A stretch of 53,220 nucleotides of DNA, counting the filler, from Jimgerdemannia flammicorona (Eukaryota), in NCBI GenBank assembly GCA_003990765.1. It is 3 parts of 3 records of this genome, joined end to end, with 100 filler letters (N's around TTAATTAATTAA, not from the genome) between each part and the next. Parts side by side here need not be neighbours in the genome. Positions count along the whole stretch, not along the records: positions 17,778 to 35,452 come from RBNJ01002456.1; positions 35,553 to 53,220 come from RBNJ01002457.1; 1 more part is not named here. One strand, 5' to 3'. This document shows positions 32,546-45,693 of this stretch, piece by piece (position 1 is the stretch's first letter; the number at the start of each line of letters is the position of its first letter). The position numbers were made by a program, and so were the translations under genes. The notes under the pieces were generated by a model. The model made no database searches. It was not told the origin of the DNA and saw only the letters and a program-made list of their open reading frames with translations.

Positions 32546-35452
32546 ATGAACAGTACAACTAGGGTATTCTCATTGAATGTTAATGGACTACGGGGGGTGG
32601 CTAGGAGGAAGTATATTTTTGGTTGACTTCAGGATCTGGATGCGGACCTCTTCTTGTTACAGGATGTTCGGTATGAGGCAGATGTGGATTTACAGGATTG
32701 GACTAAGGAATGGGGGAGTGCGGCAGTTTGGAGAGGGAAAGTGGGTATTCTTGTTCGGAAAGGGATGGGGGACATTGGGGACATTGGACATTGGGGGTCG
32801 CATGTGGTGTGGGGAGTATGTAAAAGGCCTGGATGGGGCTCACTGATGGTTGGGTCTTGCTACTGCTCAGCTGAAAGAGGGGAGAGGGTGGATTGGATTT
32901 GCAGATTGAAAGAGGCTGGATTATTGGGAGAAGTTGGGTTTGACTATATGGGGGGGGACTTCAACATGGTGTGAGATAAGGAGTTGGACAGAACTGATGG
33001 AGGGAGAGGCATGCAAGGTGAGAGTGGTGGGCTGGCAGACTGGTTGGAGACGGAAAGGTTGTGCTCCTTAGTGGACTCCGGGAGACATTTTTGGGCAGAT
33101 TGGCAGGTGTATACCCATTGGGCAGCAGGATTGGGCTCTAGGATTGACTGGGTGCTAACAGCCGAGTGTTGGGGAGTGGATGTCTGGACAGTACTGGGAG
33201 TCATATGGTGTCCATGGTCTGATCACTGGGGGTTGCTTGGAGGGGGGAGGTTTGGGGGAAATGAGGATGGGCCTGGACATTGGCGGCTAAACTCTTCCTT
33301 GTTGGAGGATAGGACATTATGGGAGGGTTGGGAAACAGAGGTGGTTGGAAATATCAGTAGGTGGCGGGATCGAGGCCTGGCAATTGGGGACTGCTGGAGG
33401 AGGTTGAAGGTGAAGGCTCAGGGGTATTGGAGGGAAGCGGGGAAAGGTAAGAGTGCTCAGCGAAGGCAGTGGGTGATGTGGGCCTCGCAGCGTTTGGCGG
33501 TGCTCATGGAAAGATGGGCAGGTGTGCTGGAGGATAGGGCTGAGGCTGATTGGCGTATCGCGAGAATCCGGCAGGAGGTGGAGGAACTTAAGGGGGTGTT
33601 TCGGAGGGAGGAAGAGGAACAACTACAGGGGATGGTGGCCCACTTGCAGTGGCAGGGGCTGGAGGAAGGAGAGAGGCCTACCAGATTCTTGTCCCAGTTG
33701 TTACAAGCACGACGAATGAGGCAGCAGTGGGAGGGAGTTTTGGATGATGATGACGAGCTGGTGGTGGGGACCCCAGTGATTTTGGAACTATTGCGAACCC
33801 AGTGGGGGAACCTTTGGAGTGAGGATGAAGGGGGACTGGATGCTCTGGACATTGAAAGGCAGCTGGGGGATTGGCACCCGGACTCAGCCATGGGACTTGG
33901 GGCATTGGGGGACCCAGTGAGCAGCGAGGAGATTTGCAAGGTGGTGGCATCTATGAGTAAAGGGACAGCCCTGGGAGAGGATGGACTCCCCTGGGATTTT
34001 TGGCGGAAGATGACAGGGGTGCATGAGGTACTGGAGGAAATGAGGGCTATGTGTGATGAAGTTCTTCGGTCTGGTGCCTGGATTGGGGGACAGCACTTGG
34101 GGCTGGTCTCCTTGCTTTATAAGAACAAGGGCAGAAGGGAGGAATGGAAGAACTGGAGGCCAATCATACTTCTGGACATAGACCGCAAACTGGTGACGAA
34201 GATCGTGGTGTTGCGGTTGCAAGGGATCACGCAGCAGGTGCTTGGAGTGGAGCAACGTGGGTTTGTCGGAGGTCGGTTGATTCGAGATGGGACGGCCTGA
34301 GTTCATGGAGTGATTGAAGGTGCTCGGGCTACAGGGGTGGATGGCAGATTGGTATTTCTGGACCAGGAGAAGGCCTATGATAGAGTGCGGAGGATATGGC
34401 TGGAGGGAGTGCTGAAGCGGATTGGTATCCCCCCGGGGTTCCGAGGGTCGTTGGTCAGCCTCTTGGAGGACAGTCAGGCGGCATTGGTCATCAATGGCCA
34501 CCGGGGGGTGATCTTTCCCCTGGGCCATGGGGTGCCACAAGGGGACCCCTTGTCACCCATATTGTATGCCCTTTCCCTGGAGCCACTACTAGACAGGATT
34601 CGGCATAGGATTGGTGGATTGGACATTTTAGGGGTGAACTGGAAGGTGGGGGCCTTTGCTGATGACATGGTGGTCGGCCTGGGTTCCTTGGGGGATGTTG
34701 GAGAGTTGCAGAGGACAGTGGAATGGTATGAGCGAGGTTCTGGTGCTAAACTGAACTGGCACAAATGTGAGATGCTGGTGCTGGGCACTGGGATCATTGG
34801 TGGTGATGTCATTGGGACAGTGGTTCTGGCTGGTGAGCCAGTACACTACTTGGAGATCTACTTTTCGGTGTTCGGATCTCTTCTTCCCCGGGCATGGTGG
34901 GACCGTAAACTGCTGGAGTGGGGTGATGTCTTGATGTGATGGGGAGGCCGGCATATGTCCCTTGCTGGAAGGGTGATGGTGTTGAATGTGTACTGGATGC
35001 CGAAACTGTGGTATGTTGGGTATCATTTGGATTTCCCACCAAGGGTGGTTAAGAGGTTGTTGAAGATGGCGAGGTCATGGATCTGGGGAGGGCGGCGGAG
35101 CCAGGTTGGTTGGGAGGTGCTCACATTGCCCTTGGAAAGAGGTGGACTGGGCTTAGTGGACTTTACTAAGCAGCTTTTATGTCTGAGGGCCTGGTGGCTA
35201 AGGAGGGCGAGTGAGCTTCGAGGTCGGGAGTGGGTGCCACTCATGCAGAGGTTGTGGGAGGTTCGATACTCCCCACGTGGTGGCTCCGGTGACTTGCTTG
35301 CAATGGTGGCCATGGAAGGGAGCTGGAGGATGCGGTTTACAGGCTTTTGGTGGGGAGCAGTGGATGGTGCTAAAAAAATCGGCCTTCGGTGGCGAGGTGA
35401 CGAGGCCGAGGAGGTTTGGGGACCGCAGATGTGGAAATGGGACAGACTTCTA
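32546..35452 (+). pseudogene. LINE LB ORF2 (APE endonuclease + reverse transcriptase), four in-frame TGA stops
   Basis: SLNVNGL, LLQD, GGDFN, SRIDW, WSDH, WRLNSSLL; NWRPIILLDIDRK, QRGF, FLDQEKAYDRV, GVPQGDPLSP, FADD, GAKLNWHKC, SLAGRV, GGLGL. Confidence 0.95.
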
Positions 35453-35552
35453 NNNNNNNNNNNNNNNNNNNNNNNNNNNNNNNNNNNNNNNNNNNNTTAA
35501 TTAATTAANNNNNNNNNNNNNNNNNNNNNNNNNNNNNNNNNNNNNNNNNNNN
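35453..35552. other. Artificial contig linker (N44-TTAATTAATTAA-N44)
   Basis: Identical structure to 17678-17777. Confidence 0.98.
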
Positions 35553-37369
35553 AAGAGCACCGTGAGCAAGTCAGTCCCGACGAAATAATATCCGTTCTGG
35601 AGACCTGCAATTATAAATCAGACATGCTCAAAAACAGGCACGCATCCGCATCAGACACCGCATCCCGAGTCCAACCCCACACGGCGAATGCTTCCAACCT
35701 CTCCAGCATTGAATTATCTCCTACTAGCCCGACGCGCGAAAGGATATCTCCGAATAAACATTGACCTTGATTTCGCGCGAGATCCACATGACCCAAGATC
35801 GCTGGTTGGCCATCATAAATATCCGCCTTTGTTCGAAACTAGACATTATGGTGGAAATATCTTTTAGCATAAAATATGGCGAACGTGCTTCATATAAAGT
35901 CATTGAGCCCCCGTTTGTTATATGAATGCATAATTCCTTCGAATATAATTGACCAAACCGTTCCCGCGATTTAGCAAGATAGACTGTTTAATCTCATCGT
36001 TCTTGACATACTGAAAAAAAAAAAAAAAAAAAAAAAAAATGAAACATTGAATACTGAATGCGATGAAGGTGTCTATTTGAGAAATGATATCAGGTCAAGT
36101 GCCACCAGAGAGCCATCAACCTCATGGTTACCAAATCTCAATTGCCAGGGATGTAATTACAAATGACAGCAAGCATATGGTGCAAGAATGACAACAAAAG
36201 GAGCGAGGAATATAGCGTATATATATTCCGGCCTGCACAAGCTCACCGCCGAGGAGACCCAGCGGACAGGACCGATCGTCGACCATTGGCTGGCTAAGGC
36301 AAATCAGTGGGGCAGGACAATCTCCTTCTGGATGACCACCTCGACGGCGTGGACGAAATTTTGAGAATACTTCACGGTCAGGCAGGGGTTCGGCCGGTAT
36401 CTCTGAAACACCAATATGATCGTGTTCGTCAAGGCGTTGAACCAAAAAAACGCGTGCATTCCAGGTTTTTAGAGAGAAGACGGTGGACGAACTAAGGAAA
36501 AAATACACGGGAAGGGCATTCGGTTGGATCATCAGCACCTCCTCTATTGTTGCCTACAAGTTCTCCACGAGGTCAACATCCATCTGAACCTCTCGTTTGC
36601 CTGTTTGTTGATATGAGCAAAATCAAGGAACACAAAACAAAAGACTGATCAAACGAAGCGCTCACTTGGAGAGTCGAAATGCCCGTTGGATCTTCGAAGG
36701 TGTATTTATTGCGAAATACAGCCAACATTTGAAATGGGACATGCCAAAATTATTATTTTCCCTCTGCTAAATGAAGATAAAAATAAAAAATAAAAATGAA
36801 AATAAAAGTAGTGATCGGATTACATCAAGCACGCCACCCTGCTACAGAAAATGTGGCAATAGAATTATGACAAGCAATGTCATCATTGGATCAACAATAA
36901 AATTGTCGACGATAGCAAACAAATAACAATCAGAGGGAAAACAACGAAGCAACCAGCCGCGGCATCTGCAATTATAATAAGTCCCTATTAAGAATCATCG
37001 TCAGCGAGTGACTTTAGTGTCCGCGTCACCATCCCAAGACCCACCTTCCACGACGACAGCATGACAGATGACCCGCCCCTTCTCCAGCGGTTTGGAAGAA
37101 GGCATAAAAACTACAGTACAAAATGGAAAACCTCAAAAAAAAAAAAAATCCGAAATGGAAAACAGTGATTGCAGAGAAGTTCTCTGCATCCACCCCTACG
37201 GCCAATAAGTCGATAGAAGGAAGGAATCGAGGACGAAGACACAAACCATAACAAAAGCATCCAAAGGACCATCATTTTCGACAGTAAAATTAACCAACTG
37301 GTGATCCCCGAAAGACTGTGTCATGCCTGTTAAGAAGAGTGTTCCTGGATACTAAATTCAGAAGAAGAA

Positions 37370-38120
37370 GAGAGTGCACCAGGATCTATGGGGGGAGCAA
37401 GGGGAGCAAACTCAAAGCCAAAGTCAAAAATGTGAAATAGGTGGAAAAAAGGCAGTAGAAAGGATGAGCAAAGAATAAGGGAGAAATTATATCAGCTGTT
37501 TATTACTGTATAAAAGCATACAAATATAAAGTCCTAAAAAGGAATAATATATCACAATATAGAGATAATTACATTAAAAACTAAATATCATACAAGGAGT
37601 CAATCTTAGAGTAAGAATAAAAAACAAACCAAATAAAATCAAAATTGAGATTAAAAAACATTCTGGCCCCCTCTGGGGTCTTATATTTGCTCTGAAGTAT
37701 TTAGTCTTTACTTTGCTCCTCTCTGCTGTCTTCAGTCCCTTGACTTCACCTCAGGTTCACTATAGCTCCCTTTGCTTGAACTATATTTCTTATTCTTACT
37801 CACTCCTCCAGAGTCTGCAGATGTTTTTTAATTTTGATTTTGATTTGTTTTGTTATTTTTTATTCTTATTCTGAGATTATCTCCTCATATAACATTTGGT
37901 TTCTAATGTAGTTATCTCTGTATTATAATATATTATTTCTTTTTAGGACTTCATATTTATATATTAGGATTATGCTTTTATATAGCAATAAACAGTTAAT
38001 GTAATTTCTGCCTCTTTCTTTGCTCATTCTTTTTACTATCTTTTTTTCACATATCTCATATTTTTGACTCTGGCTTTGGGGTTGCTCTCCTTACTTCCTC
38101 TATAGCTCTCAGTGTGTTCT
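37370..38120. mobile_element. Foldback/MITE-like element with ~300-bp inverted arms and ~130-bp spacer
   Basis: CAAAGCCAAAGTCAAAAATGTGAAATAGGTG (~37413) pairs with CACATATCTCATATTTTTGACTCTGGCTTTG (~38050); GATTAAAAAACAT pairs with ATGTTTTTTAAT; the arms are colinear. Termini approximate; no TSD resolved. Confidence 0.72.
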
Positions 38121-38419
38121 TATCTTTTTCTACTATATTACCTATCTTTAGAGCCCCTGTCACTTCTATAGTTATTGATGAGAATATTTCTCTTCCCTCC
38201 ACTCTTCCTATTTTTATCTCTACTACTGTCTTATTTGATATTAATATATCAACTACTGTCCTCTCTCTCTCTCTTGATCTTTATCTCTCTAGATACCCTC
38301 TTCTCTCTCAATTCTGCTCAGTTCTTATCCTCTCCTCTAAGAAGGCTTATTTTTATTATAATATTGATACCATTGTTCTACATATTATCAAGTTTTCTGT
38401 TCTTAAGGACTATCATCAA

Positions 38420-38711
38420 GTCTTCTCTAAAGAGATTTGTGCTCAGTCCTGATCATCTGTAGGCCAGTGGAGTTCCTAATGTAGGTTAGGTCTGGGGCTG
38501 AAAGATTCTGCAACTGTTCTCTAATTACATAGTAGGTCTATAGTTGGTAGACTTGTAGTAGGTATCTGGCCAAGGTGAGGTTCTTCTGATAGATCTGGAT
38601 TCATTGGAGGGGATTTCCATTGGCTTGGTGAAATTGTGGTAGGGGAACTGGAAGTGATTGGAATGAACTCAGAACAAGGATTTGGAGATACTGGTCAATT
38701 GTCTGATTCAT
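38420..38711 (-). pseudogene. Possible accessory ORF immediately downstream of G2 pol
   Basis: ATG at 38711 overlaps the last pol codons; reads MNQTIDQYLQILVLSSFQ...LARYLLQVYQL*TYYVIREQLQNLSAPDLTYIR with few stops. Confidence 0.4.
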
Positions 38712-39993
38712 GATATAGAGAGAGATATATCTTGAGATAGTTGATATATACTGATATCTTCAGGGTTTGTCTATCCATACTTCTTAAATAGATGCTGATT
38801 CCTCTGATATTGTATACAAGATCCATCTCATTTGGGCTCCAGCTTAGTAATAAAGTTTATTTTAATTATGCTTCTCCAAACTAGTACTTGATCTTCAATC
38901 TTGATCTTCTGATCCTTCTGCTTCTGATTATAGTTATTCTTGGGCCTTGATAACCTGAACTCAGGCTTGATTACATAACTGTTCTGCCTTCTTGAGGAGG
39001 TCTCTGAGGTTCTTATGATCAGCAGTTCTGGTTTCCTTAACAAACATTATCTTGAATAGCTTTTGTTTAGTAGAGGCAGCAGGAGTGTTCTGAATTTCCT
39101 ATAGAATCTCAGATAAGCAGAGGTCCTAGTTAATAGGATTGACTTGAGTAAGTTCTTTCTTAATGGTCTGGTTCATTCATTCTGTTATACTATTAGTCTG
39201 AGAGTAATATAATATAGTTTATTAGAGATGGATCTTGTAAATTCAGATATAACTTGTAATTATATTATTGATGAACTCTGTGTCTTTATTAGAGATAAGT
39301 TCTTCTGGGGGTCCATATCTGAGTGTGAGTTTATGGAGGAGATCAACAATGGTCAAGACATCTGTAATTTCCATTGAGAAGGCTTTAGACCACTTGGTTA
39401 GATATTCTACAAATACTAGAATATACTTATTTCTTTTTGATGTAACTAGTAAGAGTCTAATTATGTCTATTTTCTATCTTTGAAAGATGTTGTCTGGTAG
39501 TGTGATTGGTTGTAATAGTGCTTGATAATTTCCTTCCTTAGCACTTCTGGTAGATGTTATATTTTCTGAGTATATCTTGGACTTACGTATATTCTAAGGT
39601 TGGGCCAATATTGATATGTTATTTGTAGCTTTTCATCTATATTTACCTATCCTTGATGAGCTTTTTAGTATTCTTTTCAGATGAGATCTTCTTGTACCTT
39701 AATAGTCAGGAGAGCTTTCTTTAGGATGCAGTTTCTCAGTATACTCTTCTTCTAGTTCATTGAGATTGATAGGAAAGTATATCAACATTGTTGTAAGCTT
39801 TTCTTACTTTGTAAATGATGGTGATTTTGTAATCCTGAAGGATGAGAATCCAGTGAGCAAGAATTCCAGTAGATTTCTTATTATTGAATAGCTATTTAAG
39901 AGCTATATAGTCAGTTATCAGAGTGAACCTTTTTCTGATGAGATAATGCTTGAACAGAGTAACTGTCTATATAACTGTAAGATATTCCAGTTT

Positions 39994-42900
39994 GATAACA
40001 TTTGGGTTATACAAACTTCTACAATGCTTAAGACATTGTTTTTGGAGAAAAGGTACTAATAATATAGCAACTAATGAGTATTCCAAAGTATGTACTAGGC
40101 AGGGTGGCCCTAGTGCATTTGACTGACAGTATGTGAAGAGGAGTTATAGCTTGGGGGGAAGTATGTAGGGCTTGCTGGCTGGGGGTCATGGAAGGGGAGA
40201 AGACAGTACTGGGAGATAAGGGACTGAGAGAATAAGCTTTGCAGATAAAGTGAAGGAGAGTTATCTGATGACTAGACTAGAGAGCTGATTAAAGAAGGGT
40301 AAGGAGATAGCAAGGACTATAGGGACTGGTGGAGTGGCTTATGATAGTAAGAGCAGTAGGACTCAGAGAGTAGTGGCTGGGGAGAGTGAGACTGCTGATG
40401 GCAAGAGGACTGCTAATTTGGAAAAAAAAATCCAGATATAATGGCTGATGGTAGATCTGGACAAGGGGGGGTACAAGGCCTGGGGATCTGACAGATAGTA
40501 TAATGGACCTGGTGGCAATACTATTACTCAAGAAATCAAGGTCAGAATTCATTATTATATTGTATTTCTAAGGCTAGGCAGTGACAGCTAGGATAATTCT
40601 GGAGCTTCTGGCTCAGGAGATGAAAGGAGCAGTATTGGTGAAGTTTTTGAAGAGTCTGGAAGGGGTGGAGGTGGGCTTTGAGAAAGAGGATGTGCTGTTG
40701 GAAGTGATGAAGAAAGAAGTGATAGTGAGAGGGATAGTGATCTCTATAGGCTAGTGCTTATACTGGAATCTCTAAGTAGTACAGCTGATGGTACTGGATA
40801 TTCCTATAGTATCAAAGGAAATGGTCAAGGGGTTGATTGTCAGGGCCATCAAGAAGTATGGGGAAATTATATATATTGGGTTTTGGGTCTGGAAGGACAC
40901 TGAATTCAGGACTGTTGATGTAGACATCAGGGTGCAGCTGGTGGGTAGGGAGAATATAGAGATGGTGAGAGACTGGCTGACAGTTCTCAAATGGAGATCT
41001 GTAGAGTACAAGGTCTCAAGAGATATTGGAGGAAGAAAAGGACTTACTGGAGGCAGGAAGGATCTGGCTGGAGCCATAGAGAGGAGAAGATTGGCATGGA
41101 AGAAGTTTGAGGTCAAGACAGTTGTGGAGATCATAAATGATAAGGTGTGACTGAACTGGGCAGCCTGGAAGAGAGTATAGGGAAGGTACATTTAGAAGAA
41201 TTTGTTGGCTAAGTTGGAAGAGGGGGCAGCCAAGGGGACTACTGCTGAAGAAGCTAGATAAAGGGCAAGTGCTTGGGCAGAAGAGAAGAGAGCAGTACCA
41301 GAGGGGACTCCAGGGGAGAGAAAGCACAGAACTGAACATTGTGGTAGAGAATATTGAGATGGCAGAAGAGGAGGGCCCCCAGTATAGAGTGCCAGGTGGG
41401 ACTGAAGGAGATGATAAATTGCAGGATGTGCTAGAGGAGGATTGGGATGAGTCAGCATAGAGGAATGCAGAGGGTGGGCAGGAGGAAAGAGGGAAGAGGA
41501 TGGCTCATGAAGTGGCAGAGACTGAGGTCAAGGAGAAATAGTTGTGAAAAATACTTGAGAATGTGGCAGCTGAGGAGCTAGAGGGAGAGGACTTCTGGGT
41601 ACTAAGTAAGAAGTACTGGGGTAAAATTCTGCATAGTGAGGAGGTGTCAAGAAAACTCTGGGATGAGATAATGGTAATATTGTTGGAGACTGAGAATGAT
41701 AACAGAGAGGCAGTACTTCTGGCAATTGCAAATAACAGGGCTATATATATGTAGGGCCTGAGAAAAGGACTAGCAAAGTAGCAGGTAGTGTATAAGGAGT
41801 ACTGAACAGAGATAGAGACTGTGGATGGTGTGAATTGTCAGGAGATCTTAGAGGTACTAGAAGCTCAGCAGAGAGAGGTAAATGACCTAAAGACTGAGAG
41901 GAATCTTGATATTGCTGGTGATACAGTAAGTATAGAATTGTAGAGTAGATGGCTGTTTTTCAAATAACATTATTCAATATAAATAGTATAACTAAAATAT
42001 TATCTTTGAATATCAATGGACTACAGGGAGTGGTGAGGTATCAAAATATCTTTAGATGGCTGAAGGGGATAAAATCAGATCTATTCCTACTGTAGAATAT
42101 TGGTATAATAGAGACTTGGATATTCTGGACTAGATAAAGAAATGGGGTGGTGTGGCTGTTTAGTAAGGACATGTGGGCATTCTGGTTAGGAAGGGTAAGG
42201 GAGACATTAGAGACATTGGACACTGGGGGGACAGGGTAGTGTAGGGAGTTTGGAAGAGGTCTGGCTGAATGTTCTTGATGGTTGGGTCTTGTTATTGTCC
42301 AGCTGAGAGAGGGGAGAAAGTGGAATAGATTCAAGGGCTACAAGAGTCTGGAGTGTTGGTGGAGGCTGATATTTATTGTCTAGGAGGGGACTTTAATATA
42401 GTATATAATGGAAAGATAGACAGAACTGATGTGGGAAGGGGAATGGCTGGAAGGAGTGGTGGTATAGAAGCCTGGGAGGAAGTTGAATATCTGAGCTCTT
42501 TAATAGATGCCAGGAGGCTTGGATGTGGGGATTATAGGATTTTTACCCACTGGGTGATAGGGCTGGACTCAAGGATTGACTGAATATTGACTGCTGATTA
42601 CTGGGGAGTTGATATCTGGAGGACTTTGAAAACTGTTTGGTGTCTGTTATCAGATCACTGGGGTCTTCTAGGAGGGGGGTGTTTTGGGGGAAGTGGAGAG
42701 GGGCCTGGACATTGGCAACTGAATACCTCTTTGCTAGAAGAGATCTCTCTATAAGAGATATACATATATAGTAGATATTAGCTTCAGAGTTTTTGGTTGG
42801 TGAGCAGAGGGGCTGGAAATTGAGAATTATTAAATAAGATTGAAATCTGAGGTACAACAGTATTGGGGGGAGGCAGAAAGGATATAGGGTACTCAGAGGA

Positions 42901-45693
42901 AGAAGTAAGTGAGGTGGGCCTCTCAGAGGTTGGCAGGGTTATTGGCAACTTGGGCAGATCTGCTGAAGAATGGTGAGAAAGGAGATTGGTAAGTACAGTA
43001 GATCAGGCTAGAGATGAAGGAGCTGATGAATATACTGAGGCAAGAGGAGGACCTACAGATTAAGGACTGACTGTGATAGTAGAGATTGGAGGAGAGAGAA
43101 AGGCCAACCAAGTTTTTGTCACAGCTTTTGCAGACAAAGAGGGTAAGACAGCAGTGGGAGGGGGTTTTGGATGAGGCTGGGGAGTTGGTTGTTAGGGTAC
43201 TGGAGATTCTGGATCAGTTGAGCAAGTGGTAGAGATATCTATAGAGTGAGGAGAATGGAGGGGTGGGAGTGATAGACATTGATAGGTACTTGGAGAAATG
43301 GCACCCAGATCCAGCAGCAGGCTTAGATGATCTTGGTACTACTGTCTAAGAGAAAGAGATTTGACAGGTTCTGATGATGACAAGCTCTGAGGATGGCTTG
43401 CAGTAAGACTTTTGGAAGAAGATGGTAGGAGTCAAGTTAATTCTAGAGAAAATAATAACAATGTGTGATGAAGTGATAGACTCAGGGGCTTGGATTGAAG
43501 GGCAGAATTTGGGTCTTATAGCTCCATTTAAGAATAAGAGGAGGAGGGAGGAGTGGAAGAACTGGAGGCCAATAATACTTCTGGATATGGATTGCAAACT
43601 GGTCATAAAGATCCTAGTGACTAGACTACAGGAAGTGGCTCAACAGGTTCTGGGGGCTTAGCAGAGAGGATTTGTAGAGAGACATCTGATTAGAGATAGG
43701 ACAGCATGGATACATGATATCATCAAGAGAGCCTACATAGTAGGAGTAGATAGCTGGCTGGTTTTCTTGGACCAAGTGAAGGCCTATGATAGAGTCTGGA
43801 AAGTGTGGTTAGATGGAGTGCTAAAGCATATTGGGGTCTCTCCTAGAGTTCAGTGGGTCTTAGTGGGTCTGCTGGAAGGAAGTTGGGCAGTAATTATAGT
43901 GAATAGACATTGAGGAGTTTCATTCTCTCTGGGCAAAGGAGTGCTACAGGGGGATCCACTGTTATTGATTCTGTATATACTGTCCCTGGAGTCTCTTTTG
44001 GATAGAATATAGTAAAATATAGGAGGGTTGAACATTCTGGAGGTTAATTGAGAGGTGGTGGTCTTTGTTAATAATATAGTAGTTAGGCTGGAATAAGTTG
44101 AGAATTTTGCAATACTGAAAGGTGCAGAGAGTGGTATTAAGAGTACTTAGGTGCTAAGCTCAACTGGCATAAGTGTGAGATATTGATATTGGGGAGAGGA
44201 ATAGTAGATGAGAACATCATTGGAACAATTATCTCTATGGGAGAGGCTGTATACTATCTGGAGATCTACTTCTTGGTATATAGTTCTTTGCTACCATATA
44301 GATGGTAGAAGCAGTGGTTGGCAGAGTAGGGAAGCACTCTCTTGGAGTAGGGTGGTCACTTTATATCTCTGATAGGAAGAGTGATAGTGTTGAATATTTA
44401 CTAGTTGCCTAAGCAGTAGTATCTAGAATACCACTTGAACTTCCCAGTGTAGATGGTCAAGTGATTGTTGAAGATGGCCAGAACCTGGATATAGGCAGAG
44501 TATCAGAGTTAGATTGGTTGAGAGATATTGACCTAGTAAGTAGACTGGAGAGATCTGGGTCTGGTGGATTTTCCCAAACATCTTCACCACTTAAGGGCAT
44601 GGTGGCTGAAGTGAGCAAGCAAGTTGAGAGGTAGAGAGTGGGTTCCTCTCATGCAGATGGTATGAGAGGCCTGGTTCTCCTCCCAGAGTATGACTGGGGA
44701 TCTTATATCTCTGGTAGCATTAGAGAAAAGTCAGAGGATGTATTATAAGAGATTTTGGTAGGGAGTGGCTGATGGAGTACACTGTATTGGTCTCTGATAG
44801 CAGGATAATGAGGGGGAGGAGGAATGGCCCAGATGTAGAGGTGGGACTGCTTTCTGTTGGGCAGGGTGCTGGTTGATTATTTCTACTTAGAGGATGATAT
44901 GGAGTACCTTCAGGAATACAGGAGAGATCTGTGGTCTGAGATATGGCAGGGGATGGGAATTGGAGAGGTGTGGGACTGGAACAGTATCTGGTGGTGGAGC
45001 AAGCAGGTGGCAAGATAGATTGCCCCCAAGTTCTTAATGATATGGTGGAGATTTCTATGGTATAATGTCATATTGAACTACTGGATGGATCACTTGATAG
45101 AAGGCAGTACCCAGGAGTGTGAGGAGTGTCTGAATGTTGGGCAGGAGGGAGGGGTGGTGCAGACTCCTGAATATTAGTTAGGAGAGTATAAGGTGATGAG
45201 TGACTTTTGGAAAGAGATTGAGGTACAGCTGGGAGAGTACCCACCAGAGTTGGTGGCAGGCAGGAGGTGGGGTGATCTCTAGAGAAGGTTGGTGAGGGGT
45301 TTGAAAGATGAGTGATTGATATTAGGATGAGTGTTGGCAATTTGAGTTGAGCTTGCAGAACATTGGCTATATGTATTTGAGGAGGGTCAATGGTTGTCTT
45401 TGGGGGTGTGAGTAGCTAGATTGGAGTAACTGGTAATGGATATGTTGACTGGGTAGTAGAGGAGTTGGAGTGCTGGTGGAGAATATTAGAGGCAATTGGT
45501 AGAGATGATCTGTAGAAAGAGTGGGGAGAGAATTGGGGTGGCCAGGGAGTCAGTAGTGTTTTGGAAGAATGGTGAGAGAGAGAGAGAGATTCCAAGTGGG
45601 ATTGAGTGAGGGGGTTCATTTGTATTAGTATTTTATAGATAGTTTGATAATAAAGGGGAAGTCCTTATGACTATAAAAAAAAAAAAAAAAAAA
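39994..45693 (+). mobile_element. Full-length old LINE (family LB) inserted in the RNase H region of G2
   Basis: Poly(A) at 45675-45693; TSD GATATTCCAGTTT (39981-39993) / GATATTTCAGTTT (45694-45706); EN and RT motifs (GGDFN, NWRPIILLD, QGDPL); CEEC knuckle at ~45118. Confidence 0.92.

Larger units (their letters stand above)
30513..35452 (+). mobile_element. Young L1/Tx1-type LINE (family LB), 3' end cut by contig end
   Basis: CpG-rich with long ORFs; 5' end closely similar to 52962-53220. 5' boundary uncertain by about 10 bp. Confidence 0.93.

Noticed and set aside
33317..35313. Multiple long Pro/Ser-rich minus-strand ORFs over the LINE
   Set aside because: Expected by-product of a G-rich, stop-poor sense strand; no independent motifs.
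32546..35452. In-frame TGA codons in LINE ORF2 as evidence of TGA recoding (Trp or Sec)
   Set aside because: TGG is used abundantly; the stops are single transitions from CGA/TGG and other copies have stops at different positions.
35553..37300. Possible host gene(s) in CpG-rich sequence (ORFs 36128-36538 minus, 36307-36495 plus)
   Set aside because: Splice-like signals exist, but I could not build a stop-free model on either strand or recognise a domain.
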